Part shown: positions 27,790-32,997 of the stretch, one piece after another
Position numbering within the stretch: position 1 is the stretch's first letter
Layout of the letters: every line of letters starts with the position of its first letter
From: Candidatus Latescibacterota bacterium
GTDB taxonomy: Bacteria > Krumholzibacteriota > Krumholzibacteriia > WVZY01 > JAKEHA01
DNA: 32,997 nt
Direction of reading: 5' to 3'
Assembly: GCA_022615275.1 (NCBI GenBank)
Contig: JAKEHA010000328.1
Location: forward strand, 1-32,997
Program-made: the position numbers and the translations under genes
Notes under the pieces: generated by a model
Databases searched by the model: none
Told to the model about the DNA's origin: nothing
Seen by the model: the letters and a program-made list of their open reading frames with translations, nothing else

Positions 27790-28419
27790 ATGAGACCGAG
27801 ATCGGCTCTATTGATGATCGGCGTGGTCGCGATGGTTTCGCTCGCGTGCGCGAAGCGCACCATCGTCGAAGTCCCGCCCCGCATGGATCTCTATTCGTAC
27901 AACTTGATCGGTGTCGTCCAGTTCAGCACCGAGAGCAAGGGCTCGCTGGCGCAGTTCGCGACCCAGCGTTTCGTCGAAGCCTTGCAGGAGTCGCAGCCCG
28001 GCGTGCGCGTGCTGGAACTCGGCAAGGCGGAAGACATCAAGCGTGAAGTCAAGCGCGACAACATGAGCTTCGAAACCATGCGCGTGATCGGCGAGCACTA
28101 CGGCGTGGGCGCCGTAATCGTGGGTACGCTGGACGTCGAGGACGTCAAGCCGCGCGTCGATCTCCAGTCGATGATCGTGAGCGGGAGTGTGAGCGCGGAC
28201 GTGAAGGCGTCCCTCACGACCAAGATCATGGAGACCTCGAGCGGTGCCACCGCGTGGACGCGCTCCGCGCGCACCTCGTGCACCGTCGCGCAAGTCGGCA
28301 TGAGCGGCGGCTCGGTTCGCTTCGACGCCAAGGACCCCGAGCGCGCCTACGGCAACATGGTCGACGCACTCATCATGGACCTCACGCGCGACTTCCGCGT
28401 CTCCTACGTGAGTCAGTAG
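27790..28419 (+). CDS. Hypothetical lipoprotein (209 aa)
   Basis: The ATG at 27790 after GGAGG gives MRPRSALLMIGVVAMVSLAC, a signal peptide with lipobox. No family recognised. Confidence 0.6.
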   Translation: MRPRSALLMIGVVAMVSLACAKRTIVEVPPRMDLYSYNLIGVVQFSTESKGSLAQFATQRFVEALQESQPGVRVLELGKAEDIKREVKRDNMSFETMRVIGEHYGVGAVIVGTLDVEDVKPRVDLQSMIVSGSVSADVKASLTTKIMETSSGATAWTRSARTSCTVAQVGMSGGSVRFDAKDPERAYGNMVDALIMDLTRDFRVSYVSQ

Positions 28420-28452
28420 CCTGGAAGCGTCACGCGGTGCCGAGGCCCCAGT

Positions 28453-28501
28453 AGAAACCGGACATTTCTATCGGGCGGAAGACCGGACATTTCTAATGGG
28501 C
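28453..28501 (+). repeat. Tandem direct repeat, 2 units of 24-25 nt, upstream of the tRNA promoter
   Basis: GAAACCGGACATTTCTATCGGGCG is followed directly by GAAGACCGGACATTTCTAATGGGCG. The 14-nt core ACCGGACATTTCTA is identical in both units. Confidence 0.85.
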
Positions 28502-28524
28502 GTTTACACGGCCGAACGGGGCCA

Positions 28525-28553
28525 TTGACAAGTGGTTAGCAAGATTGTAGTCT
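28525..28553 (+). promoter_or_regulatory. Candidate sigma70-type promoter for tRNA-Asn
   Basis: Perfect -35 TTGACA (28525-28530), 17-nt spacer, weak -10 TAGTCT (28548-28553). It lies about 11 nt before the mature tRNA 5' end. Confidence 0.35.
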
Positions 28554-28564
28554 CTCCGCCTGGT

Positions 28565-28881
28565 TCCTCGGTAGCTCAATGGTAGAGCATGCGGCTGTGT
28601 CCACGACGCAGCGCCGACGGGAGACCGTCGGTGAAAAATCGGGTGAATTCAGGGAAGCCCTTCCAGGGTAATCCTGAGCGAAGCCCGCCGAATGAGAGAC
28701 CAAGTAGGCGGGAACGTGCAGAGACTAGGGGATGAGGACTCTCAACCGATACGCCCCACTAGCGCCCGACACCCTCGCTCGTGTTCAACGAGACGGGTGA
28801 TGAGATAGTCCGAGCCCTTTGGCAACAAAGGGAACCCTCGTAACCGCAGGGTTGTAGGTTCGAGTCCTACCCGGGGAGCCA
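28565..28881 (+). tRNA. tRNA-Asn (anticodon GUU), split gene: exon 1 28565-28598, exon 2 28841-28881 (CCA encoded)
   Basis: Joined exons give UCCUCGG-UA-GCUC-AAUGGUA-GAGC-A-UGCGG-CUGUUAA-CCGCA-GGGUU-GUAGG-UUCGAGU-CCUAC-CCGGGGA-G-CCA, a full cloverleaf. The acceptor has 7 bp including one G-U, the discriminator is G73, and the 5' UCCUC and 3' GGAGCCA ends resemble E. coli tRNA-Asn. Confidence 0.88.
28599..28840 (+). ncRNA. Group I intron (242 nt, no ORF) inserted between anticodon positions 35 and 36
   Basis: The 5' exon ends in U and the intron ends in G. P1 pairs exon GCUGU with intron GCAGC (28608-28612) and has a U-G pair at the splice site. P2 is CCGACGG-GAGA-CCGUCGG. R-like GUGCAGAGACUA and S-like GAGAUAGUCC give P7 GACUA/UAGUC. 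P9 is CCCUUUG-GCAA-CAAAGGG. Confidence 0.82.
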
Positions 28882-29315
28882 TTCTTTTTCTATCGCTTCC
28901 TTCGACGCTCCGACCGTTTTCATTTCCGCTTCTTTGGCGACTCCATCCGCAAGGGTTGCAAAGACTTGTTTCAACTCGACGTGTACCACGAGGGACACGG
29001 CCGACCGAACTTCCCGCCCACCACAACCCCACACGCCCAAAGCCCCCAAACCCCGGACGCAACCAAACCTCGCCAGTTGTCCAACTGGTGAACGTCGGTT
29101 ACGTCGCCACATCACCTGCGCCAGAAACAGTTCGGCGTCCTCCGAATCCCACTTTCCCAGTGTTTCGAAGAACGCCGCCAATTCAATCCCCGCTGTCTTC
29201 ACATCGCATCCTCCCATCCGAACCCTACCAACTAACTAACGTCCAATATCACCTCCTGCTTCATACTCTTGCGTTTCGCCACCGTCAAGGTCGCTGCGTT
29301 CGAAACATCACGTTT

Positions 29316-29337
29316 CCTGACGTCCACCACTCTGGGG
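29316..29337 (+). repeat. Short dispersed repeat copy A (CCTGACGTCCACCACTCTGGGG)
   Basis: Matches 31070-31091 at 20/22 positions. Its last 15 nt are identical to 31155-31169. Confidence 0.8.
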
Positions 29338-29383
29338 TATCCCAGATGCAGGTGGTTCTAACGTCGTCCACTCTACCGCTGCC

Positions 29384-30055
29384 CTACAAGAGTCCGTTCT
29401 CAGCCAGCTCTGCTCGGTATCGTCCAATCAAGTCCTTGCGCCAGTTCTCCAATAGCTCGCCAAGAATCGCTAAATCGTCACCTAGCTTGAGCGCTTGAGC
29501 ACCAATCCGCATGTTGTCATTCGGCCCCTCGACTGCCCCGACGCTCTTGATGATGCATGCCGTCCGACGCTGATGATCCCCCAGTTCGGACCATGACGAC
29601 GGCCATTCGTCTCGATGCTTGAAGTAGTTGGCGAAAGCGTCGACAACTTGAATCTGCGAGTAGCCGCTATCTTGCTTCGACCAGACGGCCGGTGCACTTC
29701 CCACCGTCATGATCGCGGCCTTTGACTTATTGGTCGTCTTGAGATCGACGTGCCGGTTCGTCGCAAGATTGTGCAGCATGACTATTTCCGAGATAACCCA
29801 AGAGATGTAGACTTGTGCCACCACGAATGAAGCGCCGAGCAATGCCTCTTCAACCCTTGATTCGTGCTCAATATATGTCTCCGCGTGCTCCTTTTCGTAT
29901 TCCGTCTTGGCTTTCGCAATTGACACACGTACTTCCTGCCGCAGCTGATCAAATTTCGCGAAGACATCGCTAAATTGTTGCTGCTCTATGTCCACCGTTG
30001 TGAGGAGGTTCGAAAAGATGTTGGCTTTGAAGCCGGGGCCTATGTGACTGGTCAT
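29384..30055 (-). CDS. Hypothetical protein (223 aa from MTSHIG; 233 aa if started at 30085)
   Basis: Clean ORF in the lower-GC segment. AAGGAAG precedes the internal ATG at 30055. Predicted mostly helical. Motif FANYFKHRDEW. No confident family. Confidence 0.6.
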   Translation of the reverse strand: MTSHIGPGFKANIFSNLLTTVDIEQQQFSDVFAKFDQLRQEVRVSIAKAKTEYEKEHAETYIEHESRVEEALLGASFVVAQVYISWVISEIVMLHNLATNRHVDLKTTNKSKAAIMTVGSAPAVWSKQDSGYSQIQVVDAFANYFKHRDEWPSSWSELGDHQRRTACIIKSVGAVEGPNDNMRIGAQALKLGDDLAILGELLENWRKDLIGRYRAELAENGLL

Positions 30056-30398
30056 TGTCTCTTCCTTTCGTCGACTCGCATTCACGCGCAGGGCGTCCCA
30101 GGACGGCTCCAGCTAGCAGTTTGTGAGCGTGCTCGTGGCTCCAGCCTGCAAGGCCAGCGGATACAGCAATCAACGGTTCCCGTCCCATGATCGCGCCCCG
30201 ATGTGGTCAGATTTGCCGGGCCACACGCAGCACGCACTATGCCACCCGTGGATTCTTCGTGCCGCACCTGTTGGGAAACGAACTGCCTGTGCAATCGCGC
30301 ATTACCGCATGGCATGAATTCTGCACAACCGAATGCTTTCTGCCCAGCTCAGCGAAGGCCCCGCAGTCACATTGACTCGATACACAGGAGTATTGGAG

Positions 30399-31028
30399 AT
30401 GAAAGGCACGATCACACGGTTTGGGCTTATCGCCAGCGGCCTGTTCACTATCCTCTTGGCTGCAGGTTGCGCGAGCACGGACCTGACATCCCAGGTCAAC
30501 TTGGAAGTCGCACGTCGCGGGTTCACGAGGGTGCTCGTGGAGGGGAATTTTCAAAGCCTTGAGCATCGTCAAATTGCGGAAGAGAAACTTTGCTCTGAGC
30601 TTGCACGTCTAGCCACGTGCGAATGCGTCAAAGCCTCCGACGTTTTCTTTCCGGGTAAACAGTATTCCTTCGACGAGCTCAAGAAGCGATTCGCCGAACT
30701 GGGAATCGACGCCGTATTGACGCTTCAACCGACCGGCGGCGGCACGTCGTCTACGTACGTCCCTCAAACGACGCAAACGACTGGCAACGCGCAAGTCATT
30801 GGCAATACGATTACAGGATCGAGTACCACGCAGTCCTATGGTGGCTACAACGTAAGTAAGCCATGGTCGAATTTTGAAGCGTCGCTCTGGTCGACTACGG
30901 ACGGCGAAGTTGCTTGGTACGCTACCGCCCAATCCGGTGGAAATGCCTTTGCCGGCTGGGATGATCTCATCAAGTCAGCGGCCGGCAAGACGGTGAGCAA
31001 GCTCGTTACCGACGGCGTGCTACATTGA
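30399..31028 (+). CDS. Hypothetical lipoprotein (209 aa)
   Basis: The ATG at 30399 after AGGAG gives MKGTITRFGLIASGLFTILLAAGC, a signal peptide with lipobox. Thr/Ser/Gly-rich central segment. Confidence 0.6.
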   Translation: MKGTITRFGLIASGLFTILLAAGCASTDLTSQVNLEVARRGFTRVLVEGNFQSLEHRQIAEEKLCSELARLATCECVKASDVFFPGKQYSFDELKKRFAELGIDAVLTLQPTGGGTSSTYVPQTTQTTGNAQVIGNTITGSSTTQSYGGYNVSKPWSNFEASLWSTTDGEVAWYATAQSGGNAFAGWDDLIKSAAGKTVSKLVTDGVLH

Positions 31029-31069
31029 GCCCGTGTGTTCGCCCCGCAGGCCGTGGACAAATTTGACGC

Positions 31070-31091
31070 CTGACTTCCACCACTCTGTGGG
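31070..31091 (+). repeat. Short dispersed repeat copy B (CCTGACTTCCACCACTCTGTGG)
   Basis: Matches copy A at 20/22 positions. Confidence 0.8.
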
Positions 31092-31154
31092 CGCGCGGTA
31101 GCAAGTCCACCGAAGACCGCCTACAATACCGAGGTCCTAAGCTCGTGGCGAACA

Positions 31155-31176
31155 TCCACCACTCTGGGGAGCCATT
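31155..31176 (+). repeat. Short dispersed repeat copy C, fused to an 11-nt copy of the tRNA-Asn 3' end (att-like)
   Basis: TCCACCACTCTGGGGAGCCATT. GGGGAGCCATT (31166-31176) is identical to 28873-28883, which is the acceptor 3' strand, discriminator, CCA and 2 further nt. Confidence 0.7.
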
Positions 31177-31239
31177 TCCTCTCTTCGCATCTCTTGTCTG
31201 CCTTGCCTCCCAAGCTGGGAGTTCGCATGCTGTCGTCGT

Positions 31240-32247
31240 ATGCGCTTCTTCGTAACAACCCTCGCGTTTTGTGTCATTTCGGCTGCCGCTGCCGAGACAT
31301 CAACCACCCAGAGCGATGGGCTAAGCGTCACGTTCCGACTCGACACCACCACCGTCACAATGGGGGCCGCGGTCGACTTCCATGTCTCGCTGGTCTTTGA
31401 TACCTCCATGGCCGACACCAAAACTCGAATCCTCAATCGTCATTCGGAGAGTTGCGAGTTTGTTTTTGTAAACGACCGGACCGGAGAATCCTTTGAGCGC
31501 CTTCCGTACAATACGGGCATGCTGGCAATGGAGCAACCCGGGAACCTCGTTCGCCTTACGCACGGCGCTCGCTTCGTGCTCGACGATCTCAAGGTGCATC
31601 TTCTCAACGACGAGGGCGAACAGATCCCGCCGGGCACGTACTCGGTCCGAGTTACGTACGTGAACGACGGCGGAGACAGAACGGAAGCCCATATGGACTC
31701 GACGCACCAATATCGCCGGCGTCGTTACGAAGGGCCATGGGAGGTCTGGAGCGGGCAAGCTGTGTCGACATCCAGCGAACTGAGAATCCTGCCGGCGTCT
31801 CCGGCTCTCGTTGAGGTTGTGATTCCCTCGGCTCTGGTTGTCGATACCACGACGGTCAGGATTCCGTCTCCCGAAGGTTGGAGCGTTTCTCGAGGCATGC
31901 AAGTCGCGTGGGCGTTTAGCGCGGATTCCACGCAGGTAATCCGGGTAATGAAACAGCCTGGCTTCGCGCTCGGAATTCGTTGGAGGCTTGAATCGCTTGT
32001 CGATGGCAAGACGATTTCCGATTTCCCGCAGGGCCTGGAGGGTTTGCCAGTCGCGGGCGGCCAGTCGTACCTTCACCCGCACGTTTCGTCGCAATTGTCT
32101 GCTGCCACGGATTCCGAGCTCATCCTGCACATGGAAGTCTTCGAAGCGTCGAATCAGCCCAAACACGCCTGGATGCCCGAGCGGGGAGAATTTAGGGTGT
32201 TATGGACTGGCCAGATTCGCTACCGATTGCGAGGCGGAAGACGATAG
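31240..32247 (+). CDS. Hypothetical secreted protein (335 aa)
   Basis: Signal peptide MRFFVTTLAFCVISAAAAE. Beta-rich sequence. No family recognised. Confidence 0.6.
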   Translation: MRFFVTTLAFCVISAAAAETSTTQSDGLSVTFRLDTTTVTMGAAVDFHVSLVFDTSMADTKTRILNRHSESCEFVFVNDRTGESFERLPYNTGMLAMEQPGNLVRLTHGARFVLDDLKVHLLNDEGEQIPPGTYSVRVTYVNDGGDRTEAHMDSTHQYRRRRYEGPWEVWSGQAVSTSSELRILPASPALVEVVIPSALVVDTTTVRIPSPEGWSVSRGMQVAWAFSADSTQVIRVMKQPGFALGIRWRLESLVDGKTISDFPQGLEGLPVAGGQSYLHPHVSSQLSAATDSELILHMEVFEASNQPKHAWMPERGEFRVLWTGQIRYRLRGGRR

Positions 32248-32301
32248 CCTGAGTAGGCTCCAAGTCCGGTGTATGCCGCGGCTGCTAGCGGCGGTATAGC
32301 T

Positions 32302-32490
32302 TCAGAAGAGCTGCCGGGCCAGCGCGAGGATGATGCTCTCGGGGCCGCGGAGGTAACAGAGGCGATACTTGTCCTCGTACTTACCGTCCGGTTCATTTCG
32401 CGCCAATGATGCGACGGGGGACACGCACCTCGCGTCCGAGGTCGCCGACACCGTAGTTGCAACTAGCATCAGAAGAGCGAGCTCAAGCAC
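32302..32490 (-). CDS. Possible small secreted protein (62 aa)
   Basis: The only support is an N-terminal hydrophobic segment, MLELALLMLVATTVSATS. No RBS or homology assessed. Confidence 0.25.
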   Translation of the reverse strand: MLELALLMLVATTVSATSDARCVSPVASLARNEPDGKYEDKYRLCYLRGPESIILALARQLF

Positions 32491-32638
32491 GCGGGTGTTC
32501 CGTGAAAGAACTCTCCCGCAGTCTCCTGGTGACAGGGGACGCCATGTTGGCTATCATAGTGCCCGCATATGGCGACGATCCGACACGGATCGAAGCCTCA
32601 TCTTTTTGCTCGTTTCCCGTAGAAAGGACCTCCAAGCC

Positions 32639-32997
32639 ATGAGATCTCCGCGTCTCCCGCTCCTATCAGCCCTCGTCGCTGCGGCCCTGCTGGCCGATGC
32701 TTCCTCCGCCGCCGACCTCGAGCTGCCGCGCCCGAGCCAGAAGGCCCAGGTCATGCAGACCGTGGGGCTTACGGATGTCACGATCACGTACAGCCGGCCC
32801 GGTGTGAAGGGACGGGTGATCTGGGGCGGGCTCGTCCCCTACGACAAGGTGTGGAGGACAGGTGCGAACGAAGCGACGGCCATCACCTTCTCCACCGACG
32901 TGAAGGTGAACGGTCAGCCGCTCGCGGCCGGGACCTACAGCTTCCACACGATCCCCACCCGGGGCGACTGGACCCTGATCTTCAACAAGAAGGCCGA
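32639..32997 (+). CDS. DUF2911-family secreted protein, 3' partial (runs off the window)
   Basis: Hand translation from the ATG at 32639 gives MRSPRLPLLSALVAAALLADASSAADLELPRPSQKAQVMQTVGLTDVTITYSRPGVKGRVIWGGLVPYDKVWRTGANEATAITF...GTYSFHTIP..DWTLIFNKKA. It is absent from the ORF track because no stop codon occurs before the window end. Confidence 0.8.
   Translation, partial: MRSPRLPLLSALVAAALLADASSAADLELPRPSQKAQVMQTVGLTDVTITYSRPGVKGRVIWGGLVPYDKVWRTGANEATAITFSTDVKVNGQPLAAGTYSFHTIPTRGDWTLIFNKKA

Noticed and set aside
28453-28501. Possible CRISPR array (direct repeats with a spacer) near the tRNA.
   Set aside because: There are only two directly adjacent 24-25-nt units with no spacers, and no cas genes in the window.
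28742-29498. ORFs overlapping or following the tRNA (28742-29062 minus, 28867-29217 minus, 28934-29239 plus, 28956-29498 plus). I also considered a degraded small gene on the minus strand (IELAAFFETLGKWDSEDAELFLAQV ... VELKQVFATLADGVAKEAEMK).
   Set aside because: Two of them run through the tRNA or intron. The plus-strand ones are Pro/Thr/Ser-rich from C/A-skewed DNA. The minus-strand peptide has two plausible helical patches separated by junk, with no recognisable family and no integrase motifs. That is insufficient to call a gene or pseudogene.

Overview
Window from a GC-rich, Shine-Dalgarno-using bacterium. Inference: an uncultured FCB-type lineage, because two secreted proteins end in FlgD-Ig/T9SS-like C-terminal domains. 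Bases 1-9979 are a textbook spc/alpha ribosomal-protein cluster on the + strand: rplE(partial)-rpsN-rpsH-rplF-rplR-rpsE-rpmD-rplO-secY-adk-map-infA-rpmJ-rpsM-rpsK-rpsD-rpoA-rplQ. The remainder is accessory. It holds a GHL10/DUF187 hydrolase-like gene; a decayed IS3 transposase; and a visibly lower-GC block with a beta-helix lipoprotein and a 1368-aa multidomain secreted protein. Two paralogous polytopic-membrane/TPR proteins bracket three exported hydrolases. A cupin, several lipoproteins and a DUF2911 gene (3' partial) follow. Two RNA-level observations stand out. (1) A tRNA-Asn(GUU) gene (28565-28881) is interrupted in its anticodon loop by a 242-nt ORF-less group I intron. (2) A roughly 100-nt element occurs twice, filling the rpsN-rpsH and rpoA-rplQ spacers. 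Its 70-nt core is near-identical between copies, and every stem difference is compensatory, so a conserved RNA fold is likely; I cannot assign it to a known family. Downstream of the tRNA lies a short, lower-GC, integrase-less island with degenerate copies of the tRNA 3' end. No CRISPR array, rRNA or recognisable defence system was seen.
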